DNA from: Candidatus Eiseniibacteriota bacterium | Lineage (GTDB): Bacteria > Eisenbacteria > RBG-16-71-46 | DNA: 64,000 bases | Direction: 5' to 3' | Assembly: GCA_963717505.1 (NCBI GenBank) | Contig: OY970342.1 | Location: 2,432,001 to 2,496,000 of the forward strand | Shown: one piece after another, positions 1-9,881 of the stretch | How the letters are laid out: the number at the start of each line of letters is the position of its first letter | Position numbering within the stretch: position 1 is the first letter of the stretch | The notes under the pieces: generated by a model | What the model saw: only the letters and a program-made list of their open reading frames with translations | What the model was told of the DNA's origin: nothing | Database searches by the model: none | Made by a program: the position numbers and the translations under genes

Positions 1-519
1 CTCGAGCGGGCGCGGGAGTGGGTTGCGACTGGCCGATACTTCTGGAACAGCGGCATCTTCGTGTGGCGGGCCGGGGTTTTTCTAGAGGCGCTCGATTCCT
101 CGCGCCCGCTGCTCGCAGGTCCACTGAGGTCGCTGGCGCGCCCGGTGGGGGAGGCCGAGTTTTCTCGGGGGCTCGCCGAGGTCTTCCCAGGATTGGAGTC
201 GATTTCCGTGGATTATGCCGTGCTCGAGCACGCACCCAACACGCTGATGATCGAGGCCTCGTTCGACTGGGACGATCTCGGCTCGTGGAGCGCCTGGGCC
301 CGCCGGCAGCCGCGCGACGAGCGTGGCAACGTGGTCTACGGTCAGGCGCTGGCGGTCGAGTGTGACCGCTGCGTCGTGGTCGGCGACGGCGGACTCGCAG
401 CGGCATTCGGGCTTGCAGATATGGTCGTCGTCCACGTGAATGGCTCGACCCTGACTTGCAAGACTTCCGACAGCGACCAGGTGCGCAAGGTCAGCGAAGC
501 CGTACGGAGGCGTTCATGA
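1..519 (+). CDS. manC: mannose-1-phosphate guanylyltransferase, C-terminal part (5'-truncated by window edge)
   Basis: Frame from position 1 reads LERAREWVATGRYFWNSGIFVW; also ISVDYAVLE and FDWDDLGSW, characteristic GDP-mannose pyrophosphorylase motifs. Confidence 0.9.
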   Translation, partial: LERAREWVATGRYFWNSGIFVWRAGVFLEALDSSRPLLAGPLRSLARPVGEAEFSRGLAEVFPGLESISVDYAVLEHAPNTLMIEASFDWDDLGSWSAWARRQPRDERGNVVYGQALAVECDRCVVVGDGGLAAAFGLADMVVVHVNGSTLTCKTSDSDQVRKVSEAVRRRS

Positions 520-1295
520 CGATTCGCGGCGGGTGCGACCGGTCGCGCGAACGACGCATCCCCGGCGCGATCCTGGTCACGCTGGTCGGCGCGATGCTCT
601 CGCTTGCCGCGTGCGCGCCAATGGCGCCGCAGGCGCCACCAAAGACCCAGCCGGGAGCACCGGCGCCCGGTACGGCGCAGAAGCCGCCGGCGACCACGCC
701 CACGCGCGCGGCCGTCGACAGCACGCCGTCGGCCGATGCGCTCGCCGTGCTCGGCACGATTCCCGAGCCGCTCGCGGCGGGTGAACGCGTGCCGCCGCCG
801 GATGTTCCGGTGCCGTCGGGAACTTCGGTCGCCCCTTCTGTAGGCGGGGGCGCCGACGCGGGATCGGGCGACGTCCCTGTCCCGGCCACCGTGCCGGTGT
901 TGGGCGAGCGGACGAATCCAGCCCTCGATGCCGCGACCGACTCGACGGGCGCCGACAGCGCCGCGGCGCGCACGGTTCCTCCGTCGAGTTCTGCCGCCGG
1001 CTCGTCAGCGTCGGGCTCGCCGCCCGCCTCGTCCGGCGCGCCGCCCAAGCCCGCGGCGACATCGGGGCCCTGTTGGCGGGTTCAATTCGCAGCACCCACC
1101 GATCGCGACGAAGCCGAAGGGCGCCGCAAGGCCGCCGAGTCCCTGTTGCTGGTCCCGATCGTGATCGAGACCGAGCGCGGGCTCCACAAGGTGCGTACCC
1201 GCGACTGCTATCCGCGCGATGCCGCCGACCGCTTGCGCGAGCGCGCGGTGCAGTCGGGTTTCGACGGCGCGTTCCCGCTCGGGGTCCCGAAGTGA
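516..1295 (+). CDS. SPOR-domain lipoprotein
   Basis: ATGA overlap with manC; hydrophobic segment plus lipobox LAAC; long Pro/Ala/Ser linker; C-terminal WRVQFAA...HKVR...GFDGAF SPOR-like domain. Confidence 0.75.
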   Translation: MTIRGGCDRSRERRIPGAILVTLVGAMLSLAACAPMAPQAPPKTQPGAPAPGTAQKPPATTPTRAAVDSTPSADALAVLGTIPEPLAAGERVPPPDVPVPSGTSVAPSVGGGADAGSGDVPVPATVPVLGERTNPALDAATDSTGADSAAARTVPPSSSAAGSSASGSPPASSGAPPKPAATSGPCWRVQFAAPTDRDEAEGRRKAAESLLLVPIVIETERGLHKVRTRDCYPRDAADRLRERAVQSGFDGAFPLGVPK

Positions 1296-2530
1296 GCACC
1301 GCGCTGGTCGTCTTCGAGGACTCGAACTGGCGCGACCTGCGTCCCCTGACCGACGTGCTCCCGGTCCCGGCACTGGCGTTCGGCGCCGGCACGCTGGTTC
1401 AGCGCTGGCGGCGGACGGCGAAGCTGCCGTTGTTCGGGGTCACCGCGCGGCCCGATGCGCTCGCGGCCTGGGATGCGCCGGCCCCCGATCCCCAGGCCGC
1501 CTCGTGCGATCAGATCGTCTCGGTGAATGCGGCGGCACTTCCGGGCCCATGGTTCGACAAGGTGCTCAACGCTCGCCAGCCGGCCCGCTTCGTCGCGGGC
1601 GACGTTCTGGTCGCGGTGCGCATGCCGGCCCAGATGCTGCGGGGCAAGTCGGCCGACGGGTCGAGCGACCTGCCGGAGATCCAGGTCGACGCCAAGCGTC
1701 TCGAGTTCCCCTGGGACTTCGTGGCTGGGAATGCGCGTGCGATCGAGGAGGACCTGACCTTCCTGGCGCCGGCCCGCGAGGGCGAGATCCACCCGCGCGC
1801 CACCCTGATCGTTCCCGAGCGAGTCGCTGTGCGCAGCGGCGCCATCATCGACCCGTACGCGATTCTGGACGCGCGCGGCGGGGCGATCCTGGTCGACGAG
1901 GGGGCGCGCATCCTGCCGCATACCGTGGTGATCGGCCCGTGCGTCGTGGGCGCCAGGACCGAGCTCCTGGGCGGCGTGATCGCGCGCTCGACTTTCGGCC
2001 CCGACTGCCGAATCGCCGGTGAGGTCGAGGACAGCGTGTGGCAGGGCTACGCGAACAAGCGCCATCACGGCTTCGTCGGCCACAGCGTGATCGGCGAGTG
2101 GGTCAACCTCGGGGCGCTGACCACGACCAGCGATCTCAAGAACAACTACGGCAACGTGCGGGTCTGGGTCGACGGCAGCGAGCGCGACACGGGTTCGCCC
2201 AAGGTCGGCTCGTTTCTCGGCGCCCACGTCAAAACCGGCATCGGCACGCTGTTTCCGACCGGCGCCAACGTGGGCGTGGGGTCGAACCTGTTCGGCGGCG
2301 GCCGATTCACGCCCAAGGTTGTACCGCCGTTCTCGTGGTGGGACGGCGAGCGGCTCGAAGATCATCGGATCGACGCATTCATTGCGACCGCGCGCATTGC
2401 CATGGATCGGCGCCGGCGTGCCCTGTCGTCGGCCCAGGAGAACCAACTGAAGGCACTGTTCATCTGGACGGCGGCGGAACGCCGGACCGACCCTCTGGCC
2501 GCAACTGCACATCCGTTCCGCCGGTCTTGA
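1292..2530 (+). CDS. GlmU-like putative sugar nucleotidyltransferase with left-handed beta-helix
   Basis: GTGA overlap; N-terminal 'DLRPLTDVLPV', hexapeptide repeats, 'NKRHHGFVGHSVIGEWVNLGALTTTSDLKNNYG', 'GAHVKTGIGT'. Confidence 0.8.
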   Translation: MSTALVVFEDSNWRDLRPLTDVLPVPALAFGAGTLVQRWRRTAKLPLFGVTARPDALAAWDAPAPDPQAASCDQIVSVNAAALPGPWFDKVLNARQPARFVAGDVLVAVRMPAQMLRGKSADGSSDLPEIQVDAKRLEFPWDFVAGNARAIEEDLTFLAPAREGEIHPRATLIVPERVAVRSGAIIDPYAILDARGGAILVDEGARILPHTVVIGPCVVGARTELLGGVIARSTFGPDCRIAGEVEDSVWQGYANKRHHGFVGHSVIGEWVNLGALTTTSDLKNNYGNVRVWVDGSERDTGSPKVGSFLGAHVKTGIGTLFPTGANVGVGSNLFGGGRFTPKVVPPFSWWDGERLEDHRIDAFIATARIAMDRRRRALSSAQENQLKALFIWTAAERRTDPLAATAHPFRRS

Positions 2531-2622
2531 CCCCCGTCCGACCGACTTCATAGACTCCTACGTTCCCCGTGGGCCGCCGCGGGTTCCCTGGCCCGCGATC
2601 CGAATCCCGCCCGAGGGCATTG

Positions 2623-3633
2623 ATGCCGGAACTGAGGAAGGACCCCGTGGTGGGTCGCTGGGTCATCATCTCGACCGAGCGCAGCCGGCGCCCCACGCAC
2701 TTCACCGCCCCGGCTCACGGCAAGACCGCCTACGCCTGCCCGTTCTGCCCCGGGAGCGAGGACCGCACCCCGCCCGAGGTCTACGCCTACCGGCCCGGCC
2801 ACGAAGCCCCGAACTCGCCCGGCTGGCAGGTGCGCGTGGTGCCCAACAAGTTCCCGGCACTTCAGATCGAGGGCTCGCTCGAGCGCCGCGGCGAGGGGCT
2901 CTACGACAAGATGAACGGCATCGGCGCCCATGAAGTAGTGATCGAGGGCCCGGAGCACGAGCAGGACCTGGCCGACCTCTCGGTCGAGCACCTGCACCAG
3001 GTGCTGCGCGCCTACCGCGAGCGACTGATCGACCTGCACCGCGACCGGCGCTTCCGTTACGTACTGGTGTTCAAGAATCACGGTGCCCAGGCCGGCGCCA
3101 CCCTCGAGCACACCCACACCCAGCTGATCGCGACCCCGATCATTCCGCTGTCGATCCAGGAGGAGCTGAACGGGGCGCTGCGCTACTACGAACTCAAAGA
3201 GCGCTGCGTGTTCTGCGACATCATCGACCAGGAGACCTCGACCGAGAACGGACGGCGCGTGGTGTCGCAGAGCGACGGCTTCGTGGTGATCGAGCCGTTC
3301 GCGCCGCGGTTCCCGTTCGAGACCTGGATCCTGCCGCGCCAGCACGACGACAGCTTCCAGCAGGTCGAGTCCGAGGACGAGTTCCTCGACCTGGCGGGGG
3401 TGCTCAAGGACACGCTGCAGCGGCTGAACCGCGCACTCGATCGGCCGCCGTTCAATTTCGTGATCCACACCGCGCCGATTCGCGAGGGGAAGCTCGAGCA
3501 CTACCACTGGCACATCGAGATCATGCCCACGCTAACCCGGGTCGCCGGGTTCGAGATCGGATCCGGCTTCCACATCAATCCGACGCCCCCCGAGGACGCC
3601 GCGCAGTACCTGAGGGAAATCGCCGTCGATTGA
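2623..3633 (+). CDS. galT: galactose-1-phosphate uridylyltransferase (GalT/HIT family)
   Basis: MPELRKDPVVGRWVII, CPFCPG, VVPNKFP, GAHEVVIE, active-site HTHTQ (HxHxQ), HWHIEI. Confidence 0.9.
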   Translation: MPELRKDPVVGRWVIISTERSRRPTHFTAPAHGKTAYACPFCPGSEDRTPPEVYAYRPGHEAPNSPGWQVRVVPNKFPALQIEGSLERRGEGLYDKMNGIGAHEVVIEGPEHEQDLADLSVEHLHQVLRAYRERLIDLHRDRRFRYVLVFKNHGAQAGATLEHTHTQLIATPIIPLSIQEELNGALRYYELKERCVFCDIIDQETSTENGRRVVSQSDGFVVIEPFAPRFPFETWILPRQHDDSFQQVESEDEFLDLAGVLKDTLQRLNRALDRPPFNFVIHTAPIREGKLEHYHWHIEIMPTLTRVAGFEIGSGFHINPTPPEDAAQYLREIAVD

Positions 3634-3678
3634 GGTCGAGGGCGCGCCGTCTCGCGCCGATCCCTGCGGCGAGGAAAG

Positions 3679-5238
3679 ATGAGCAACCGATTGCGGATCG
3701 TCCATGTCGCGAGCGAGATGGCCCCCCTGGTCAAGGTCGGCGGCCTGGGGGATATGGTTGCAGCACTGGCCGGCGAGCAGGCCCGGCGCGGACATCGCGT
3801 GGTCGTGGCGCTGCCCGGGTACTCGACCCTGGCGACGCCGCCGGACGCCGAACGCGGCGTGGTCGCGCGCTGCCGGGTGCCGTGGGGGATGAGCACCGAG
3901 CCCGCGCGGCTCGAGCTGATCCGCCTGGCGGTGCCGGGCGCCGAGGGCGATGGCGCCTCGGGCGGATCGCTGCAGGTCCTCACCGTCCATCACGAGGGCG
4001 ACCGCCGCTTCTTCGACCGCCCCGGCATCTACGACGACCCGCGCACTGGCGAGGGCTACCCCGACAACGCCGAGCGCTTCCTGTTCTTCTGTCGCGCGGC
4101 GATCGAGGGGCTGGCCCGGCTGGGAGAAGGCTTCGACATCGTTCACGCCCACGACCATCAGGCCGCCTGGGTGCCGTGCTTCCTGCGTACGCACGAAACC
4201 TACGAGCTGCCGTTCGACGGCACGGCCAGCGTGTTCACCATCCACAATCTCGGCTACCAGGGGATCTACGAGCCGTTCGTCCTGGCGCTCGCCGGCTTCG
4301 GCAGCGAGGTGTTCTACGCCACCGGCCCGTTCGAGTTCTTCGGGCGGGTGAACTACATGAAGGTCGGCCTCGGCTTCGCCGACCTGCTCTCGACCGTGAG
4401 CCCCCGATACGCCAAGGAGATCCAGAGCAGCGCCGAAATGGGCTTCGGCCTCGAGGGCGTGCTCGCCCGGCGCAAAGCCGACCTGCGCGGCATCCTGAAC
4501 GGCATCGACACCACCGTGTGGAATCCGGCGACCGATCCCGAGCTGGTGGCCAACTACGACGTGAGCCGATTGGACGACAAGGTGAAGGTGCGCGCGGCGC
4601 TGGCCCAGGAGTGCGGTTTCCCCGCCGATTCGCTGCCGCTGATCGGCATGGTCTCGCGCCTCGCGGAGCAGAAGGGCTTCGACCTGATGGAGCAGGCCCG
4701 CGCCGATCTGCTCAAGCTCGAAGCCCGCTTCGTGATCCTCGGCTCGGGCTCACCGCGCTACGTCGAGCTGATCCGCGACCTGGTGGCCGAGCGGCCAGAC
4801 CGCTTCTATTACCGGCACGGCCACGACGAGCCCTTCGCCCACCGGATCGAGGGCGGGAGCGATCTCTTCTTCATGCCGTCGCGCTACGAGCCGTGCGGGC
4901 TGAACCAGATGTACAGCATGCACTACGGCACGGTGCCCGTGGTGCGCGAGACGGGGGGCCTGGCCGACACGGTGGCCGAATTCGACCCGGTGTCCCGCAC
5001 CGGGACCGGCTTCCTGTTCCACCGCTTCGACGCCGCCGAAATGATCGGCGCCCTGCGCCGCGCGATCGCCATGCATCGCCAGGGCGCGATGTGGCGGCGC
5101 ATCCAGGAAAACGGCATGCGCCAGGACTTCTCGTGGCGGCGCAGCGCCGACGCCTACGACGCGCTCTACGCCGAGGCCCGCGCCCGCGTCGCGCGTGGCG
5201 AACTGCGCACGATCGAGCGGGTGCGGGCCACGATCTAG
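3679..5238 (+). CDS. glgA: glycogen synthase (GT5)
   Basis: SEMAPLVKVGGLGD (KxGGL), HAHDHQ, FTIHNLGYQG, MPSRYEPCGLNQ. Confidence 0.95.
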   Translation: MSNRLRIVHVASEMAPLVKVGGLGDMVAALAGEQARRGHRVVVALPGYSTLATPPDAERGVVARCRVPWGMSTEPARLELIRLAVPGAEGDGASGGSLQVLTVHHEGDRRFFDRPGIYDDPRTGEGYPDNAERFLFFCRAAIEGLARLGEGFDIVHAHDHQAAWVPCFLRTHETYELPFDGTASVFTIHNLGYQGIYEPFVLALAGFGSEVFYATGPFEFFGRVNYMKVGLGFADLLSTVSPRYAKEIQSSAEMGFGLEGVLARRKADLRGILNGIDTTVWNPATDPELVANYDVSRLDDKVKVRAALAQECGFPADSLPLIGMVSRLAEQKGFDLMEQARADLLKLEARFVILGSGSPRYVELIRDLVAERPDRFYYRHGHDEPFAHRIEGGSDLFFMPSRYEPCGLNQMYSMHYGTVPVVRETGGLADTVAEFDPVSRTGTGFLFHRFDAAEMIGALRRAIAMHRQGAMWRRIQENGMRQDFSWRRSADAYDALYAEARARVARGELRTIERVRATI

Positions 5239-5244
5239 CGTCGC

Positions 5245-6804
5245 CTACTGCTTCCCGCCGGTCTGCAGCGCCTCGAGCGCCTGGTCGATCGAGAAGCTGC
5301 CGGGCCTCTGGCTGGGTGGGAACTCCTTGAAGGTGGACAGGAACTGGGCGACGTACGCCTGGGCGGGGTAGAGCAGGAAGACGTGCTCGACGCGCCAGCG
5401 TTCGTAGTCCATGCCTTCGTGGTCGGCGGTCTCGAACGGATCCGAACGCAGGTTGAAGAGCTTGGGCAGGCGCAGCGGCACGAACGGCTCCTCCCACACC
5501 TCCATCCCATGCGCGCGCTGCTCCGCGAACACGACCTTCCATTGGTCGTAGCGCAGCCCGACCAGCGAGCCATCGTCGTTGAAATAGAAGAACTCCCGGC
5601 GCGGGCTCGGCTGCTTGCCGGCGAGTGCTTGGGTCAGGTCGTACCCATCGAGGTGGACCTTGAACGTCTTGGCGCCGGCCTTGTGGCCCTTCAGCAGTTT
5701 TCCCTTGATGTCCGGGACGCCGGCCGCGGCGAGCAACGTCGGCAGCATGTCCTCGTGGGCGAAGATGTCGTTGAGCACGGTGCCAGGCTGGGTCACCCCC
5801 GGCCAGCGGATGGCGCACGGCACGCGATAGCCGCCTTCCCAGTTGGTGTTCTTCTCGCCGCGGAACGGCGACTGCCCACCGTCGGGCCAGGTGAACTTCT
5901 CGGCGCCGTTGTCGGTCGAATACATCACGATCGTGTTCTCGGCGAGTCCCAGCTCGTCGAGGGCCGCGAGCACCTCGCCGACCAGCGCGTCGTGCTCGAC
6001 CATGCCGTCGGGGTAGATGCCGAGGCCGGTCTTGCCTTGGCTCTCGGCCTTGAGCCGGGTCCAGACGTGCATGCGGGTCGAGTTCCACCACAGGAAGAAC
6101 GGCTGGTCCGCGTCTTTGGCTTCGCGCATGAAGCGGATCGCCTCGCGCGTGAACTCCTCGTCGATCGTCTCCATGCGCTTCTTGGTCAGCGGCCCGGTGC
6201 TCTCGATGCGCTGCGGACCCTTGGCGTTGGCCCACGAGTGGATCACTCCGCGAGTGCCATACCGCTTTCGCATCTCGGGGTCCTTGAAGTAGTCCGGATG
6301 CTCCGGCTCGTCCTCGGCGTTCAGGTGGTAGAGCGAGCCGAAGAACTCATCGAATCCGTGCGCGGTCGGCAGGTGCTCGTCGCGGTCGCCGAGGTGATTC
6401 TTGCCGAACTGGCCGGTCCGGTAGCCCTGGGCCTTGAGCAGCTCGGCGATGGTCACGTCGCGCGCCATCAGCCCTTCCTTGGCGCCCGGCATGCCGACCT
6501 TGAGCATTCCGGTGCGGAATCCGACCTGGCCGGTGATGAAGCTCGCGCGCCCGGCGGTGCAGCTCTGTTGCCCGTACCAGTCGGTGAACAGGACGCCCTC
6601 TTTGGCGATGCGGTCGATGTTCGGCGTCTTGTAGCCCATCATCCCCTGGTTGTAGGCGCTGACGTTCCAGAAGCCGATGTCGTCGCCCCAGATGATCAGG
6701 ATGTTGGGCTTGTCCGCGGCGTGCGCAGAAACCGCGCCGATGAGTGACGTTGCCGCGAGTGTGGCGAGCAAAACCGCTGCGGCGATGGCTGATCGTTGTT
6801 TCAT
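5245..6804 (-). CDS. arylsulfatase (Cys-type formylglycine sulfatase) with signal peptide
   Basis: KPNILIIWGDDIG, SCTAGRASFITG (CxAxR), GKNHLG, STDNG; start MKQR at 6804. Confidence 0.92.
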   Translation of the reverse strand: MKQRSAIAAAVLLATLAATSLIGAVSAHAADKPNILIIWGDDIGFWNVSAYNQGMMGYKTPNIDRIAKEGVLFTDWYGQQSCTAGRASFITGQVGFRTGMLKVGMPGAKEGLMARDVTIAELLKAQGYRTGQFGKNHLGDRDEHLPTAHGFDEFFGSLYHLNAEDEPEHPDYFKDPEMRKRYGTRGVIHSWANAKGPQRIESTGPLTKKRMETIDEEFTREAIRFMREAKDADQPFFLWWNSTRMHVWTRLKAESQGKTGLGIYPDGMVEHDALVGEVLAALDELGLAENTIVMYSTDNGAEKFTWPDGGQSPFRGEKNTNWEGGYRVPCAIRWPGVTQPGTVLNDIFAHEDMLPTLLAAAGVPDIKGKLLKGHKAGAKTFKVHLDGYDLTQALAGKQPSPRREFFYFNDDGSLVGLRYDQWKVVFAEQRAHGMEVWEEPFVPLRLPKLFNLRSDPFETADHEGMDYERWRVEHVFLLYPAQAYVAQFLSTFKEFPPSQRPGSFSIDQALEALQTGGKQ

Positions 6805-6920
6805 GGGCGCCTTTCGACGACTCGTGCAGGGGGCACACGGCGATTCCGCCGCGGCGCTGCTCGACCGGAGTTCCGGCAGTGTACATCGCGGCGAGTAGAA
6901 AGCTGCGACTCGCAGTCGAT

Positions 6921-8174
6921 CTACGCTGGTGAGGTCGGCGCCGCCAGGAACGCCTCGTGGAGTGCCCGCACCGCGTCGTCGGTGCGTTCGCCCGCGACGC
7001 GGAACACCAGTGCCGTCGGCGTGACCCTGAGCGCGATCACCGTGATGCCGGCGCGCTCCAGTGCCTCTTCGGCGCGCGCCGCCTCGGCGCCGCCCAGCCC
7101 CAGCCCGACCAGCGAAACGAACCCGCAGCCGTGTTGAACGTCGAGGCGCCATTCCATGCCCGGCCCGCGCAGTTCGTTGAAGCGGGCTTTGAGCGTCTCG
7201 GCATCCTCACGGTTGCCCACCCACACCAGGGCGTGATGAGCGCCACCTTCCTGCTCGTGCGCGACCAGGTCCATCTCGGGCAGCGCGCTGGCGACCGAGG
7301 CGATGATCGACCGGGCCTCGCCGCGCCCCCCGGCGTTGCCTTCGGCGATCGCGATCGAAGCGTCGGCCTGGTGTGCAATGGCGGTGATGGTCGGGGCTTC
7401 GATGGGCTCCATGGATCCTCCGGATTCGTGGGCGCCGCCGGCGCCGTTGGTGACGCGCGTGCCTTCGTGTTCTTCGAACGACGAGCGAACGACCACCGGC
7501 ACGCCGTGGCGCGCGGCGAGATCGACCGAGCGCGCGTGCAGCACGCGGCCGCCCAGGTGCGCGATGGTCGAGCACAGTCGATAGGACAGGCGTGGGACGA
7601 CGCGAGCCGAGGAAACCAGTCGCGGATCGGCGGTCATCACCCCGCGCACGTCGGTCAGGATCTCGCAGGACGAGGCTCCGAGTGCGGCGGCCAGGGCGAC
7701 CGCGGTCGTGTCCGAGCCGCCGCGTCCCAGGGTCGTGATCTCGCGGGTCGTGGGGTTCACGCCCTGAAATCCAGCGACGATCACCACCCGGCGCCGGTCC
7801 AGCTCGGCGCGGATCCGGTCGGGCCGGATGTCGGTGATGCGCGCGGTGCGATGGTGGTCCGAGGTCAGGATGCCGCTCTGCGATCCGGTGAACGAGATCG
7901 CGGCGGTTCCGAGATCCTGAAGGGCCATCGCCAGCAGCGACATCGACACGCGCTCGCCAACGGTCAGCAGCATGTCCAACTCGCGGCCGCTCGGGACGCG
8001 AGCGACTTTGTGAGCGAGTGCCAGCAGCTCATCGGTGGTCTGTCCCATGGCCGAAACCACGACCACCAGGTCGTGACCGGCGCGGCGGGCGGCGGCGATC
8101 CGTTCGGCCACCGCGCGCAATCGCTCGGGGCCGGCCACCGAAGTGCCGCCGTACTTCTGGACGATGAGGGCCAT
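6921..8174 (-). CDS. lysC: aspartate kinase
   Basis: [39 protein letters not shown]; C-terminal ACT-like region. Confidence 0.93.
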   Translation of the reverse strand: MALIVQKYGGTSVAGPERLRAVAERIAAARRAGHDLVVVVSAMGQTTDELLALAHKVARVPSGRELDMLLTVGERVSMSLLAMALQDLGTAAISFTGSQSGILTSDHHRTARITDIRPDRIRAELDRRRVVIVAGFQGVNPTTREITTLGRGGSDTTAVALAAALGASSCEILTDVRGVMTADPRLVSSARVVPRLSYRLCSTIAHLGGRVLHARSVDLAARHGVPVVVRSSFEEHEGTRVTNGAGGAHESGGSMEPIEAPTITAIAHQADASIAIAEGNAGGRGEARSIIASVASALPEMDLVAHEQEGGAHHALVWVGNREDAETLKARFNELRGPGMEWRLDVQHGCGFVSLVGLGLGGAEAARAEEALERAGITVIALRVTPTALVFRVAGERTDDAVRALHEAFLAAPTSPA

Positions 8175-8193
8175 CGGCAGGAGTTATAAGGGG

Positions 8194-8223
8194 TTGGCTC
8201 CGGAGGGGAAAGCAGGCTATATT
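8194..8223 (+). promoter_or_regulatory. putative sigma70 promoter of tRNA-Gly
   Basis: TTGGCT (8194-8199), 18 nt spacer, TATATT (8218-8223), about 20 nt before the tRNA. Confidence 0.45.
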
Positions 8224-8242
8224 TCCCGCCGCCAAGTTTCGG

Positions 8243-8319
8243 GCGGAAGTAGCTCAGCCCGGTAGAGCTCCACCTTGCCAAGGTGGTTGTCGCGGGTTCA
8301 AATCCCGTCTTCCGCTCCA
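8243..8319 (+). tRNA. tRNA-Gly (GCC)
   Basis: Acceptor stem GCGGAAG/CTTCCGC, D-arm AGCTCAG..GGTAGAGC, anticodon arm CCACC-TTGCCAA-GGTGG, T-loop GTTCAAATC, encoded CCA. Confidence 0.97.
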
Positions 8320-8328
8320 TTTTCCGCG

Positions 8329-8355
8329 ACGGGGCCGGCCTACAGCCGGCCCCGT
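8329..8355 (+). terminator. GC-rich hairpin after tRNA (terminator or processing site)
   Basis: ACGGGGCCGGC-CTACA-GCCGGCCCCGT, perfect 11-bp stem; weak U-tract. Confidence 0.45.
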
Positions 8356-8398
8356 TCGTCACTTGTGCCCCTGGCGGGCCAGCGATCTGGAGGTCCTC

Positions 8399-8950
8399 GT
8401 GTCTCCGGAAAAGGACCGTTCCGCCGCCGAACGCGCGGTTGCCGACCTGATCCGCGCGCTCGGCCTGGATTCCAAATCGGAGCCGGAGCTGGCCGAGACT
8501 CCGGCGCGAGTCGCCGACTTCTATGCCGAGGCGTTCGTCGGCCTCGACCCGGCGGCGGAGCCGGATCTGGCCGTGTTCCCCAACACCGGCACCGGGCGAG
8601 AGCTGGTCGAGGTCCGCGACCTCGAGTTTCACTCGCTATGCGTGCACCACTTCGCTCCGTTCTTCGGCGTGGCGCACATCGCGTACCTGCCGGATCGGCA
8701 CCTGATCGGCATCAGCGCTCCGGCCCGGCTGGTCGAGCGCTACTCGCGCCGGCCGCAGCTCCAGGAGCGCATGGGCCAGCAGATTGCCGAACATCTGACG
8801 CGATTGGCGAAGCCGCGGGGTGTGGCGGTCACGCTGGTGGCGCGACATCTGTGCATGGAAATGCGCGGCGTTCGCCGCCGAGGCGACGTGGTGACCCGGG
8901 TGCGCACCGGCGAGCTGGAGAAACCGGAGTGGTCGTCGCTGTTGCCGTGA
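8399..8950 (+). CDS. folE: GTP cyclohydrolase I (divergent)
   Basis: GGAGG before GTG at 8399; ETPARVA, SLCVHH, AHIAYLP, RPQLQERM, HLCMEMRG. Confidence 0.85.
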   Translation: MSPEKDRSAAERAVADLIRALGLDSKSEPELAETPARVADFYAEAFVGLDPAAEPDLAVFPNTGTGRELVEVRDLEFHSLCVHHFAPFFGVAHIAYLPDRHLIGISAPARLVERYSRRPQLQERMGQQIAEHLTRLAKPRGVAVTLVARHLCMEMRGVRRRGDVVTRVRTGELEKPEWSSLLP

Positions 8951-8960
8951 CGGCGCGCGC

Positions 8961-9881
8961 ATGGCGGAAGCGCTCGAGCTGCTGATCGTCGGCGCCGGCC
9001 CATCCGGCGTGTCGGCCGCCCTGTGGTCCCGGACCCTCGGGCTTGGCGCGCGACTGCTCGAATCCGGAGTGCGGATCGGTGGCCAGCTGCACCTGATCCA
9101 CTTCCATCCGCTCGAGATCCCCGGGGTCGGTGCCGGCGACGGTCCGGCGATCGCCGCCATCTGCGAGCGACAGCTCGCGGAGGCCGGGATCGAGGTTCGA
9201 ACCGGAAGCCGAGCCGTGCTTCTCGAGCGGGCTCAGGGCCTGGGCTGGCGGGTGCACACTGCGAGCGGCGAGACGCACGACGCGCACGCCGTGCTGGTCG
9301 CGACCGGGCTCAGCCGGCGCCGGCTCGACGTGCCCGGCGAGGTCGAGTTCGACGATCGCGGGGTCTCGTATTCGGCGCGCCGGGATCGCGAGCGCCTCGC
9401 CGGGGGAGACGTGGTCGTGGTCGGCGGCGGCGACGGCGCGTACGAGAACGCGCTCTTGCTCGCCGAGGTGGGATGCCGCGTCACCGTCCTGGTGCGCGAC
9501 GAAGTGCGCGCCCGCCCGATGTTTCGCGAGCGGGTTGCCGCGGAGCCGCGCGTCACCGTGGTGCGCGACGCGCGGGTGGTCGGACTCGAGGGGAGGGAGC
9601 GCCTCGAAGTCGTTCGCTATCAGCGCGAAGGCCGCACGGTCGATCAGCCGGCGACCGCGATCGTGATCAAGATCGGGATGGACCCCAATACCGAATGGTG
9701 CTCCGTTCTGGTGCGCGACCCCGACGGCTACGTCGTCGCCGACGCCCGCGGACGAACGTCGGCGGGCGGTGTTTGGGTTGCCGGCGACGTGGCGCGCCCG
9801 CGCCTGCCGAGTGTCTCGACCGCCCAGGGCTCGGGTGCCGTGGCCGCCGCCGACATTCACGCGGCGCTGCGCATCTTCTAA
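8961..9881 (+). CDS. thioredoxin-reductase-like FAD/NAD(P)H oxidoreductase lacking CxxC
   Basis: IVGAGPSG, ATG, RGVSYSARRD (vs RGVSYCATCD), VVGGGDGA, AGDV. Confidence 0.85.
   Translation: MAEALELLIVGAGPSGVSAALWSRTLGLGARLLESGVRIGGQLHLIHFHPLEIPGVGAGDGPAIAAICERQLAEAGIEVRTGSRAVLLERAQGLGWRVHTASGETHDAHAVLVATGLSRRRLDVPGEVEFDDRGVSYSARRDRERLAGGDVVVVGGGDGAYENALLLAEVGCRVTVLVRDEVRARPMFRERVAAEPRVTVVRDARVVGLEGRERLEVVRYQREGRTVDQPATAIVIKIGMDPNTEWCSVLVRDPDGYVVADARGRTSAGGVWVAGDVARPRLPSVSTAQGSGAVAAADIHAALRIF

Noticed and set aside
8243-8319. tRNA-Gly as an integration site for a genomic island
   Set aside because: No integrase, no duplicated tRNA 3' end noticed, and no compositional shift downstream
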